From Thermoproteota archaeon (lineage in GTDB: Archaea; Thermoproteota; Thermoprotei; Gearchaeales; Gearchaeaceae): DNA of 30,774 nucleotides. Position 1 is the stretch's first letter; every line of letters begins with the position of its first letter. Below, one piece after another: positions 20,011 through 29,491 of this stretch. Where the stretch lies: assembly GCA_032249235.1 (NCBI GenBank), contig JAVVGF010000007.1:1-30774 (forward strand), in the 5' to 3' direction. The notes beneath the pieces were generated by a model. It saw only the letters and a list, made by a program, of their open reading frames with translations, was not told the DNA's origin and ran no database searches. Made by a program: the position numbers and the translations under genes.

Positions 20011-20165
20011 AAACGAGTTATTAGAAGATAAAGTAATATATTGAACTTAAGAAACATTTTCAAAGCAATTTTCACGATGCTGACTTAGTGTAAGCCATGA
20101 GAAAAGCAACAACTCTTAAAGATCATTAAAAAAATTTTAAATAATAAAAGGAAGAAAATAATAGA

Positions 20166-20735
20166 GTGCAAACTAATATTGAATACCCAATATCAACTTA
20201 TTTACCAAGAGAAATAGTTTATTTTGACAACACTTCCACCATATTATCTAAAGAATATGTATTGAAAGAAGGTAATCTAAGGTTATTTGTACCTAAAAAT
20301 AGACTTGAAGATGTGTTTAATGCTCTAAAAAATTCTGGTTTTAAAGACGTTGGAGTAGAATTTTATAAAGGAGAGAAATATTCTTTGTCGATGAAGATTT
20401 ATAATATTTGGGAGTTATATGTTAGGATTTATGAAGATGGTTTTATTGATTCTCATTTTGAAGTAAGCAGGGATTACTTTGAGCATTTACAATACCCAAC
20501 TATTCCTTCCATATATGAAGTATTCGATTTTTATAGAACTGCTTATAACAAACTTCACATTTTCGATAATGTAGCCAAAAAGTGGATAAAAGAGATTAGA
20601 AATCATTATTTGGTTACTTTAAATTCCCCTAGATCTTTAACTCCTTGGGAACCAATAGTTGTAACTGTAGGAGCTTTGAGTGTTATTGGAATCATGGCAT
20701 ATGCTCTTTCAAGATTAGATAAAGGAGAGGAATAA
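20166..20735 (+). CDS. Hypothetical protein with single C-terminal membrane anchor
   Basis: 189-aa ORF; terminal hydrophobic IVVTVGALSVIGIMAYAL. Confidence 0.7.
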   Translation: MQTNIEYPISTYLPREIVYFDNTSTILSKEYVLKEGNLRLFVPKNRLEDVFNALKNSGFKDVGVEFYKGEKYSLSMKIYNIWELYVRIYEDGFIDSHFEVSRDYFEHLQYPTIPSIYEVFDFYRTAYNKLHIFDNVAKKWIKEIRNHYLVTLNSPRSLTPWEPIVVTVGALSVIGIMAYALSRLDKGEE

Positions 20736-20747
20736 AACTTATTTCTA

Positions 20748-21125
20748 GTGGCTAGAATTGAAGGAATTATAACTGAAGATGATAAAATACTGATCGATGG
20801 ATATTTATTCAAAGATAACATAAAGATAGAAACAAGTTTTGTAATAGATACAGGTTTCACTGGTTACGATTTGGCTATTCCAGCTGATATCGCTACAAGA
20901 CTTAGCTTAAATCCCTCACGTATTGTTTCTGTTAATACTGCTGGTCTTATTGAACTTAAAACTGGAGAAGATCTATATATAAGTTTAGGAAATAAAACCT
21001 ATAAAGTATCATATATAATTTATTATGGTTCAATTAACCTAATTTCCATCAGCTTTCTAAAAAGAATATCAGAAATTATCATAATTGATTTTATTAATAG
21101 ACATGTCGCTATTATACTTTTATGA
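20748..21125 (+). CDS. Clan AA aspartyl-protease-like protein
   Basis: FVIDTGFTG motif. The second motif reads NLISISFL rather than L-[LI]-G. Starts 12 bp after the upstream gene. Confidence 0.7.
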   Translation: MARIEGIITEDDKILIDGYLFKDNIKIETSFVIDTGFTGYDLAIPADIATRLSLNPSRIVSVNTAGLIELKTGEDLYISLGNKTYKVSYIIYYGSINLISISFLKRISEIIIIDFINRHVAIILL

Positions 21126-21157
21126 TAATAAAAATTAAATGAAATTAATTTTTTAAA

Positions 21158-22202
21158 TTATTCAAGCTTAATGTCTATCCAAAATTTTTTGAATTCTACA
21201 TCAGAAATTCTTTTTAATGCGTATTTTAACTTATCATCGATATTTTGTGCAATTATTAAACCTTTTACCTTTTTACCTTCTGCAAGATTATCTTCAACCC
21301 ATTGCATATAGCTTAGTATTTTCAACGCATCAATTGAAGCTATGCCGCTTTTTAATTCTATAACTAGCATTTCTTTATCTTTTTCATTTACAGCTAACAC
21401 ATCTATTCTACCAACGCTAGTGGGATATTCTATTCCGCCATTTTCTTCGTCTTCATAAATGCTAAATCCAGGAAGCAATCTAGTTAGATTTCTTTCTATA
21501 ATTTCTTGTAAAGCTCTTTCCGATATTTCAAATTGTTTAGATACTTCTAATACTTCTCTTTCTATAATTCTTCTTAATGCATTCTCTCCTTCCTCTTCAG
21601 CAACTATTATATGGAGAAATGTATCGATATCATTAAAGTTTTTATAAGGTTCTGGAGCTAAGGATTTTAATTTTTCCAAAGTTTCAAGTATTTGAGAATA
21701 TTTCTCTCCATTTTTCCTCTAAGTTGTGGCTTCCATCCAATTTTCTCTAAACCAATTTCTACCCGATTATTCCAAATACAATATTTATCTGGATTAAAAT
21801 CGAATAAAAAAGACGTTACGAGCGCTTTTCCTAACCTTTTATTCTATATTTTCCGTCGATTTCTAAAACTTCGTTTATTCTTTGTTTGATATCTATACTC
21901 TCATTTAATAGAAATTTTAACATCTCTCTAAATTTTTTGATATCCCTTATTATTCTATCTCTGTTTATAGGAACAAACGCATGTCTGCCTGCTCCGCTAT
22001 CATAGTATTCAATGAATTTATTCTTTAACTCATCATCTGAGAGTTTTTCTAAACCCTCTTTATTTAACCATTCTGCCCATTTTTTATGAGCTTCTACTCT
22101 CTCGGGTTTATATTTGTTAATTTTTTCTTGAATTTTCGGATCATTGAAAAGCTGTTTTATTTGATCTTCGGTAAGTTTAATTTCATTATATGTGATTGTC
22201 AT
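21158..22202 (-). pseudogene. Doubly frameshifted protein with C-terminal NucS/DUF91-like PD-(D/E)XK endonuclease domain
   Basis: IKG/LGKALVTSFLFDFNPDKYCIWN...RGK/GEKYSQILETLEKLK joins the two track ORFs through slips at 21833 and 21711-21715. C-terminus has ERALQ, EYPTSVGRIDVLA, VIELK. Confidence 0.8.
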
Positions 22203-22967
22203 AATAAAATAATAATAACTAACTATTTTTTGTTTATTTAGGAAGTTATTTCTCTAATGAGGGTTACTTCCAGTACTCATTCTTTTTTAACTTTGAGTTT
22301 TTTCGATGCATTACTATGTGTATCCTTATCCCATATTTTGCTTCAATGTCTAGACTTATTTTTTATAATACTTAGGGAAATATTTAGAAATTATTTCCTA
22401 GTTTGTTTCATATCTTTCTTTGTTGTTATTTTAGGTTTTTTAAAGATATAAATATACTTAGCTTATAGCTAAAATCAAACCTAAATTAACATTAAGAAAG
22501 ATTAAATAAATAGACTTCTCTATTTAAATCTTTTCTATCCAATTTTTGTTGTCTTTAATAGCATTGAACGGGTTTGAAGGTTTTATAAAAACGCGAACTA
22601 ATGAGCTAGCAAGATTAGATAAAAACTTTTTTCAATATCAATAATAGGAATTAAAGTGTTTCTTGTTTTAATTTATATAGGATAAATTTCTCTAGGGATT
22701 CCAGACTCTAATCCTTTTCCCAAAACTCCAATAAGCAAGAACCGCAATTAAATCTTCTCTTTTCGTATTTTGTATTGTATGACACAAAATTATATAAATT
22801 TTTGTCATATGTGACATAAATTCAAAGATTTCATGTTCTCTTATTAAAACCTTTCTTAAAGCTGAAATTAAAAACATATCTAGAACATAAATATGCTAAG
22901 GCTTATCAAGAATGCTTTAAATCCGTATAAAAGATACTCTTTATTAATTGCTTTAAACTTTTATGTT

Positions 22968-23110
22968 ATGAGGCCAAAAACGAATAAAGCTAACTTTGAT
23001 TGGAAGGTTACAAAGCGTGAGTTCGATGAAGATAAATACAAGAACCCTTTAGAGGACCTTAAAAAAAGATATAATAACTCCTAGATCCTATTCTGAAAAT
23101 AACTGCTTAT
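22968..23110 (+). pseudogene. Truncated paralog of the 23232-23516 gene
   Basis: KANFDWKVTKREFDEDKYKNPLEDLKK versus KANFDWINASKYDFDEEKYKKALEDLKK; similarity ends at the miniature element. Confidence 0.7.
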
Positions 23111-23146
23111 ACAAATGAAAGCCTCGCCCTTTAGGTCCGGGGATGA
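23110..23146 (+). mobile_element. Miniature IS200/IS605-end-like palindromic element (degenerate)
   Basis: tacaaatgaaagcctcgccctttaggtccggggatga, similar to the copy at 14971-15015. Confidence 0.6.
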
Positions 23147-23231
23147 ATATACTTAAAAACATAACTTTCGATATCGTTCCTTGAGAGGTGGCTACTATTT
23201 TTTTATATTAAGAAAATTATAAGTAGAGTGT

Positions 23232-23516
23232 ATGAAAAAAGCTAACTTTGATTGGATTAACGCTTCAAAGTATGATTTTGATGAAGAGAAATATAAGAAG
23301 GCTTTAGAAGATCTTAAAAAATATGAAGGAATTCTAAGATCTCATCCTGGAATTATAACTGGTTACTGGGTAGGCTGGAAACATGGAGAACCTTATATAA
23401 TGGTTACTATAGAGAAAGGGAAATGTGAAGATCCTGAGAAATTGTTGCCAGATAAACTAGGAGATTATGATGTTTATTATATAGAAGGGTCAATTCATTT
23501 AACTAATCCAAAGTAA
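23232..23516 (+). CDS. Small protein resembling the N-terminal domain of Nal1-like trypsin proteases
   Basis: ILRSHPGIITGYWVGWKHGEPYIMVTI...LLPDKLGDYDVYYIEGSI pattern; the family call is recognition only. Confidence 0.55.
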   Translation: MKKANFDWINASKYDFDEEKYKKALEDLKKYEGILRSHPGIITGYWVGWKHGEPYIMVTIEKGKCEDPEKLLPDKLGDYDVYYIEGSIHLTNPK

Positions 23517-23528
23517 GAGCCTTTTATT

Positions 23529-23680
23529 TCATTTAGTTAGAACATCAACGTTAAGTTCATTTTGAACATTAATAATATCATTATGATATGTAACCGCATC
23601 TTTTCCATTGATTTCCATGGCCGCAAATAGGAGCCCAACAGCTCTCTTATCAAAATCAATTATAAAGACGCAGATGAAGA
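23529..23680 (-). pseudogene. C-terminal remnant of a Nal1-like/trypsin-like serine protease
   Basis: IIDFDKRAVGLLFAAMEINGKDAVTYHNDIINVQNELNVDVLTK*; no GDSG or start codon upstream. Confidence 0.45.
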
Positions 23681-23887
23681 GCTTCCTTAATACTTAAAGT
23701 TATATCCTAGGCTTGTTCATGATCTTTTAGGATTTATTTGCTTGTAAAGCCAGTTAGAATAAATCTAAAGTCATTGAAGCAATAAAAAAAGGTATTTGAA
23801 TGTTATTGAAACTAAATTTTGATTACTTTAATTCTTTTATATGAAGTTCGACCTCAAGATTATTCTAGAATATTTAAAAAAAATTCA

Positions 23888-25096
23888 CTATTTATATGAA
23901 ATTTTCTCGACAAGAGTTCTTGCTAAATCGCTTACAAATAAACTTAAACTAGCTTCGCTAGTATTTTCAGTTTCTCTTAAAAGAAGATATCTTCTTGAGC
24001 TAAGATTCAAAAGTTCTATTCTCTCAGATACTCTCCCCTTTTGTGATGCAATGAATAATAATTTAACATATCTAACCGCATCTTCGATATATGTTAATCC
24101 TCCTTTAATTTGAGTTATGATCCCGTATTTCAATGCAGGTATCAGCAAAACATTGTTAAGTCTATCTTTATAGCCTTCTTCTTTCTTTAATTTCTCTCTG
24201 TAAAATTCGTTTTTATTCTCAATTATTTTCAACAGGTCTTCCATAAGGAAAAATAATGTGCGTAAAGGAATGAAGAAATCTGCAACAGGAGATGCAGGAT
24301 TCATACCTTTTGGTTCGCTTATAGCTACAAGATATAGGTTAACGTTTTTAATTGATTCTTTAGGCAAGTTTATTAAAAGCCAAAGAATTAAAGCTTCCAT
24401 AGGGTATATAGTTGATAATTTTTGTTTGTCTACTTCATCTTCTATTAAAGACTGTAAAGGTATTCTTCTCTCTTTTGTTTCCTGTACTAAAAAACCTCTT
24501 ATTTCGCTTGAAGATGGAGGAAATACTAATACTGTGATGTTCTCTTTGCCCATTCTAAATCTTAAGCATCTAGCATTAATGTATCCTGCAAGTAAGATCA
24601 TCAGCATGTGTAAAGTTGCACTATACTCAATTTCATGCCTACCATCAAAGTAAGCTCCTCTTGTATATCCGTAAAATTCAATGTTAAAAATGGAGGGTAA
24701 GGAATAATCACCGATAGCGAAAGGATATAAAGAATTGTTCAAATCTGAAATTGAGTACTGCTTGTTTTCAAGCTTTCTCACATATTCTTGAAACATTTCA
24801 CCTACATCTGCCGTTTCACTTACACCCAGTTCATTTTTAACTTTCTTTATTATTTTGTCATCATTACCTGAAAGTGGTATTAAAGGTTCATATCTATCTT
24901 TAATTTTGTTGATCCTTTGGCTAATTATTTCAAAGACTTCTTTATAGTTTTTAACTAGATTATAAGAAGATAATTGTATATAGTCATTGTAAGGAACAAT
25001 TTTTACTGTAGGCGATAAAAGTTCTAAGAAACTATAAACATAGTATTTAATTATTCCTTGACCGGGCAAACCAATCTTAAGTTTTTCTTCACTCAT
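23888..25096 (-). CDS. cas8a: Type I-A Cascade large subunit (Cas8a/CsaX-like)
   Basis: Last gene of the operon, overlapping cas3; PLSGND and LPSIFNIEFYGYTR motifs; 402 aa. Confidence 0.7.
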   Translation of the reverse strand: MSEEKLKIGLPGQGIIKYYVYSFLELLSPTVKIVPYNDYIQLSSYNLVKNYKEVFEIISQRINKIKDRYEPLIPLSGNDDKIIKKVKNELGVSETADVGEMFQEYVRKLENKQYSISDLNNSLYPFAIGDYSLPSIFNIEFYGYTRGAYFDGRHEIEYSATLHMLMILLAGYINARCLRFRMGKENITVLVFPPSSSEIRGFLVQETKERRIPLQSLIEDEVDKQKLSTIYPMEALILWLLINLPKESIKNVNLYLVAISEPKGMNPASPVADFFIPLRTLFFLMEDLLKIIENKNEFYREKLKKEEGYKDRLNNVLLIPALKYGIITQIKGGLTYIEDAVRYVKLLFIASQKGRVSERIELLNLSSRRYLLLRETENTSEASLSLFVSDLARTLVEKISYK

Positions 25097-27404
25097 TCCC
25101 TATCGCCTCATATAATTCATTTATGAATATCTTTCTACTTTCAGACACATCTGTTCTTCTATTCTCATAGGAATCTAAATTATCTCCTATACATATTGGT
25201 GCGTATATTAAATTATAGAGTTTTAAGTAATGATAGTTTCTATCAGTCATTATTTTCTTTATTTCCTTTAAGAAATCCAATGCTTCTTGAGTACTAATAT
25301 TAGGTTTATAGTCTAATTTTATCCCATACCTTGATACAAGCGCTTCGAAATATTTCCAATACTTATTGAAGCTCCACTTCATGTTTTTGTTTTCAATACT
25401 GGATATTAAATCATCAATATTCTTACCCGCTATATGGAATAGGATGGCTAATGCGAGGAGTCTCTTAGTATCGAAGTTTAATTCGTAGCCTTCAATGCTT
25501 TTAAGTTGTTTATAAGCGTAATAAGCTGAGGGGACTTCATGTAAATAGAAACTGCTTTTATTTTTGCAACTGCAAACATCATCAAAATATTCTTGATATT
25601 CATCCGCTGCTTTGCCAAGGTCATGTAATATGCAGGCAGCCTTTATCAATTTTTCAACATTTTCTGCATTAATATCAAGGCCCAAAGCTTTAAATCTCTT
25701 ACTCATAGTTTCAAAGCTTTCTTTCATTCTCAAAGCTCTCTTAAGTGTATTCTCTGTGTGTTCAATGAGTGATTGTCCTTCGAAGGCACACGGTTTAGAA
25801 ATTATTTCAGAAAGATTAAGACCTATTATTTTAATATATTCATCTTCGGGGATTACGATTCCTTGATAACCCTTATATAGAAAGTAGATTGAGAGAGATC
25901 CTATTTGGCTTAATTCTTCTTCTTTTAATATTTGAAACTTTTCATTAACTAACATCTTATATCTTCTAAATAACAGAGTTGCATCTTTCTCATCAACGGC
26001 TATTGCAAATTTTTTATCTAAACGTTTTTCACTAAAACAACTTATTATACCGAAGTTTTCAGTTAATCCTCCATAATGTACTATTACTTTTTTAGCTTCT
26101 TCGTGGCTGAATACAGGGAACGTATCAAGTTTGAGTAGAATATTTTTTAATTCGTAATCTATTTTAAAAAGTTCACCCACATCATTCTTATTATATACTC
26201 TCTCGATAGCCTCATTTATAAACTCGAAGGTTAATTCTTCACTATTTCTTATGACATCTAATGTCTTTTCTGTGATATTTTTATCATAAGGAGCAGAATG
26301 TTCAATTTTGGAAGAAACGTAAATATCTCCTTCTTTTTCTTCAAATCTACAAACTCTTCCTGCTCTTTGAATGAGCCTATCGATAGGACATGCGTCTGTT
26401 ATCAGTATATCGTAGCTAATGTTAAGGCCTGCCTCAACCACTTGAGTCGCTACCAGAATTTTAGGTTTTGATCTTTTAATTTCTTTTGCAAATTTACTTC
26501 TTAAAATCTCAGGAATTTTTCCATGCAAAAGCATCACCTCCTCTTTATTGGAAATGGAATTGTAAATTTGTTTAGCTTTTTCGACAGTATTTACAACAAT
26601 TAGTATGTTCTTATTTTTATCTACATTATTCAACATTTCAATTATGTCTTGATTCAATACATGCAATCTTTTTTTCTTCTCTTCAAGTTTTTTATCAAAT
26701 TCAAAATCTATACCTTTTCTGTATTCTACCTTTTCAAGTATTCCTCCAGCGTCTCTGACTTCCTCCTCTAATTGATTAATTAATTCGTTTGGTATTGTTG
26801 CGCTCATTATTACAACAGGAACTCCAGAACCGACAAGAGAAATAATAGCAGCTATTACAGATGTTAAAGCTTTTCTTTCATTGCTAATACTGCCTAATCC
26901 TGTAAATAAGTGAAATTCATCGAAAACAACTATTGAAGAGTATATCATTGCTCTTGGAAATTCGAAATGAGATGTATCATACTGAAATATTTTACTTAAT
27001 TCATGTGCTGGGGCTTTAAAAAAATTTAATAAAAATGTATCTAACGTGGTTATTATGCATTTCTTCGCAAAGAAAGGAGAACCTGGAGATAATAAATGTT
27101 GCACGGCCAAGTTATTAGAAATTGTTTTATCACCCTTAAGCTCCAGGAAAATATCATCTGCTATGCTTCGCATTGGTAAAACATGAATAACTCTGGAAAA
27201 ATACGGATAACCTTTCAAAGTTGCCCTAGCTAATACGTTTGTAATCGTGGTTTTACCATATCCTGTGGGCAAGCGTGTTGTTAAAACAAACCTTTTTTCT
27301 TCATTTAAAAGTCTATCTAACTTATCCAATGTTTCCTTAATGAAATATCTAGGGGTCCAATTTTTTTCCTTACATAACTCCTCATAAATTGAACAAAATG
27401 TCAT
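25089..27404 (-). CDS. cas3: Cas3: SF2 helicase (Cas3') fused to a C-terminal HD nuclease (Cas3'')
   Basis: LPTGYGKT, DEFH, MSAT, ATQVVEAG, QRAGRVCR, then KPCAFEGQSLIEH...LHDLGK...HE...GDNLDS. Confidence 0.93.
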   Translation of the reverse strand: MTFCSIYEELCKEKNWTPRYFIKETLDKLDRLLNEEKRFVLTTRLPTGYGKTTITNVLARATLKGYPYFSRVIHVLPMRSIADDIFLELKGDKTISNNLAVQHLLSPGSPFFAKKCIITTLDTFLLNFFKAPAHELSKIFQYDTSHFEFPRAMIYSSIVVFDEFHLFTGLGSISNERKALTSVIAAIISLVGSGVPVVIMSATIPNELINQLEEEVRDAGGILEKVEYRKGIDFEFDKKLEEKKKRLHVLNQDIIEMLNNVDKNKNILIVVNTVEKAKQIYNSISNKEEVMLLHGKIPEILRSKFAKEIKRSKPKILVATQVVEAGLNISYDILITDACPIDRLIQRAGRVCRFEEKEGDIYVSSKIEHSAPYDKNITEKTLDVIRNSEELTFEFINEAIERVYNKNDVGELFKIDYELKNILLKLDTFPVFSHEEAKKVIVHYGGLTENFGIISCFSEKRLDKKFAIAVDEKDATLLFRRYKMLVNEKFQILKEEELSQIGSLSIYFLYKGYQGIVIPEDEYIKIIGLNLSEIISKPCAFEGQSLIEHTENTLKRALRMKESFETMSKRFKALGLDINAENVEKLIKAACILHDLGKAADEYQEYFDDVCSCKNKSSFYLHEVPSAYYAYKQLKSIEGYELNFDTKRLLALAILFHIAGKNIDDLISSIENKNMKWSFNKYWKYFEALVSRYGIKLDYKPNISTQEALDFLKEIKKIMTDRNYHYLKLYNLIYAPICIGDNLDSYENRRTDVSESRKIFINELYEAIGNE

Positions 27405-28474
27405 TTCTTTATTATGAGCACTTCATTTTCTTCTTTAACACAGTATGCAACTGCTTGATCTGATAATTCAACTTCTATCTCTTTGCTTTCTATGGGGACT
27501 TTATTTCCAGGAATTACATAATCAACGGGTTTTCTGTAATAATCCCTCCCCCAACCTCCTTCCCAAAAAGTCTCTATATAATAGTTACCATTTATTTCAA
27601 TAGAAAGTTCTTTGGGAAAATAGAATAATGTTTTAACGGTTTTATCTTCTAGCTTTTTAGCATCCAATAATTCAACATTATTAATTGAAACAAGAGATTC
27701 TTTACTTCCTATTCTAGTTATATTCCATGCAGCTAAAGCTATTTTATTCAAGTTGCCAGCTAAAACCTCAGTTATTCTTTTTTCGTTTAGCAAGTATGCG
27801 ATTACAAATTCTCCCGGGAAATAGGTCTTACCTACTTGTATTGCACCTGTTCTGTATTCAGGTAAAAATCTTCTTTCAATTTCGGTAATAATTCCTTTCT
27901 TTTTTAAGGTATCTACTACAGGTTTAATCTTACCTAACGTGTTATTGATAAGATTTTCTTTTTTCTTTAATACCTCTTCACTGATCTTCTCTTTACTTAA
28001 CCGCTTCATTTTTGCTTCTAAAACACGTTTGATTGTAGATGATTCAATATAACCCTCTTCTCTTATTACTTCTACTATTAACTTTTCTTCCTCACTCAAA
28101 CCTGGAATTTCTTCAATACTTTTAGTTAGATATTCAGGGCTTATTCGTAAGTTTTTAGCGAATTGCTGAAAATGTAAAGTAATATATTTATTAATGTCTT
28201 CAACAGTAAAACCTCTAAAGTTAGGTTTAAAATAGACTGAAACTGCTAAGAAAAAGTCTTCTATTGTGACAGTTGGGCTAACAAATTTTTTATCTTTTAT
28301 GTAAATTTCTCCATCACTTCTTAAAATACCCAAATTAAAAACGGCTGCTGCAAGAGCTCCAATCAAGCTTGTTGGAGGAAATATAGAAAAAGAAGATTGC
28401 ATTTTGCTGGTTTCTGGAAATCTATTCCAAAATCCCCAATGAAGTTCACCTTCGATCCTCAGTACTTTCATCAC
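27401..28474 (-). CDS. cas5: Type I-A Cas5 with a large internal insertion
   Basis: LHWGF, PPTSLIGALA, ITRIGSKESLVSI; 357 aa. Confidence 0.92.
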   Translation of the reverse strand: MMKVLRIEGELHWGFWNRFPETSKMQSSFSIFPPTSLIGALAAAVFNLGILRSDGEIYIKDKKFVSPTVTIEDFFLAVSVYFKPNFRGFTVEDINKYITLHFQQFAKNLRISPEYLTKSIEEIPGLSEEEKLIVEVIREEGYIESSTIKRVLEAKMKRLSKEKISEEVLKKKENLINNTLGKIKPVVDTLKKKGIITEIERRFLPEYRTGAIQVGKTYFPGEFVIAYLLNEKRITEVLAGNLNKIALAAWNITRIGSKESLVSINNVELLDAKKLEDKTVKTLFYFPKELSIEINGNYYIETFWEGGWGRDYYRKPVDYVIPGNKVPIESKEIEVELSDQAVAYCVKEENEVLIIKK

Positions 28475-28478
28475 TATT

Positions 28479-29489
28479 TTATAGTTGCGTAGCTTTTTCT
28501 ATCACTTTGCTTAGTATTTCTTCTATACTATTGTAAGTTTTTAATTCTTTAGTTGCTCCTTCTTTATCAAAGATGTAAACTTCTATATCAGAATCTGATG
28601 CTTTAAAGCCTAAACGACTTAATGATCCTAAGAATTTACTCTTTCTCTCCAAAGTTGCATTTATATAATTCTTACTGTTACCTGCGCTGGCGATAAAATA
28701 GTAATCTTTGCTATATGTAGCTATCGCTGATACAATTTCGATATTCGGTAAAAATCTAGATCTTTTAGCTCCGAAGGCAAGTGAAGAAAAGAAATTAAGT
28801 AAAGCTGTTAAAGCCCCTTTAACTCTATTTTCTCTTTGAGCCTCAAGCTCTTTTTCCTTTTTCTCATCTCTAACTCCGAAGTTAGTTGAAGGAACACCTA
28901 TTTTGTTAATATTTAAAGTAAACGTAAAAGTATAAAGAGCGGATGCGACTTCAACATTATATGGTTGTTGATAGTCTTTCATTTTAGAAGGGGCAAATCT
29001 CATATGGAACTGCGACTCAAGTGCGGAAGCTTCTCCTTCGTATATTGCAGGAATTGCATAACCTACTTGGAAACAAGAAGTTCTCTTTACAGGAATTCCT
29101 GCAGGACATAAGAAACCTCCAACATCGCATATGTAATCCTTTAAGAGAATATCTACTTCAACTCTTCTTATTTCATTTTCATCTTTTGCAGGCTGTATCT
29201 TTTCTTCAGTTAATAATTCTTCAGCGCTGAACTTTAAAAATTCAAATCTTCTGCTACGTTCACTCAGCGGTAATCTTAATTTTTCTGCTTGTTCTACTAA
29301 AAGTTCCTGATAATAATGAGCAAGAGATTCTCCAGAGAGTACAGGAACAAATCTAATAGTATAACCATTCTCAGTAGGAATTACTACGGGTGCCGTTCTA
29401 TGCCTTGACAGATTACCTATTGTTTCTACACCGCTTAAGCTTTCCGTATTTATTAAAGCTCTACAAACTATACTTACGAATCCCTTCAT
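28479..29489 (-). CDS. cas7: Type I-A Cas7 (Csa2)
   Basis: ESLSGVETIGNLSRHR, VPVLSGESLAH, DVGGFL, VKRTS, QFHMRF, FGAKRSRFLP. Confidence 0.95.
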   Translation of the reverse strand: MKGFVSIVCRALINTESLSGVETIGNLSRHRTAPVVIPTENGYTIRFVPVLSGESLAHYYQELLVEQAEKLRLPLSERSRRFEFLKFSAEELLTEEKIQPAKDENEIRRVEVDILLKDYICDVGGFLCPAGIPVKRTSCFQVGYAIPAIYEGEASALESQFHMRFAPSKMKDYQQPYNVEVASALYTFTFTLNINKIGVPSTNFGVRDEKKEKELEAQRENRVKGALTALLNFFSSLAFGAKRSRFLPNIEIVSAIATYSKDYYFIASAGNSKNYINATLERKSKFLGSLSRLGFKASDSDIEVYIFDKEGATKELKTYNSIEEILSKVIEKATQL

Positions 29490-29491
29490 GT

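Noticed and set aside
22257-22877. ORFs 22257-22451 and 22692-22877
   Set aside because: No motifs; the region looks like decayed, unassignable fragments.
23750-23815. attgaagc and attgaaac as CRISPR repeat 3' handles downstream of cas8a
   Set aside because: The sequences upstream of the two handles are unrelated and the spacing is too short for a repeat-spacer unit.
173-29230. Short antisense or nested ORFs in the track (e.g. 173-424, 2855-3094, 3170-3376, 6926-7111, 8359-8556, 9387-9596, 9946-10140, 12499-12705, 14530-14739, 18573-18803, 20606-20860, 21459-21889, 23841-24113, 24258-24653, 25612-25866, 29021-29230)
   Set aside because: They lie opposite recognisable genes, show antisense-shadow composition and have no motifs.
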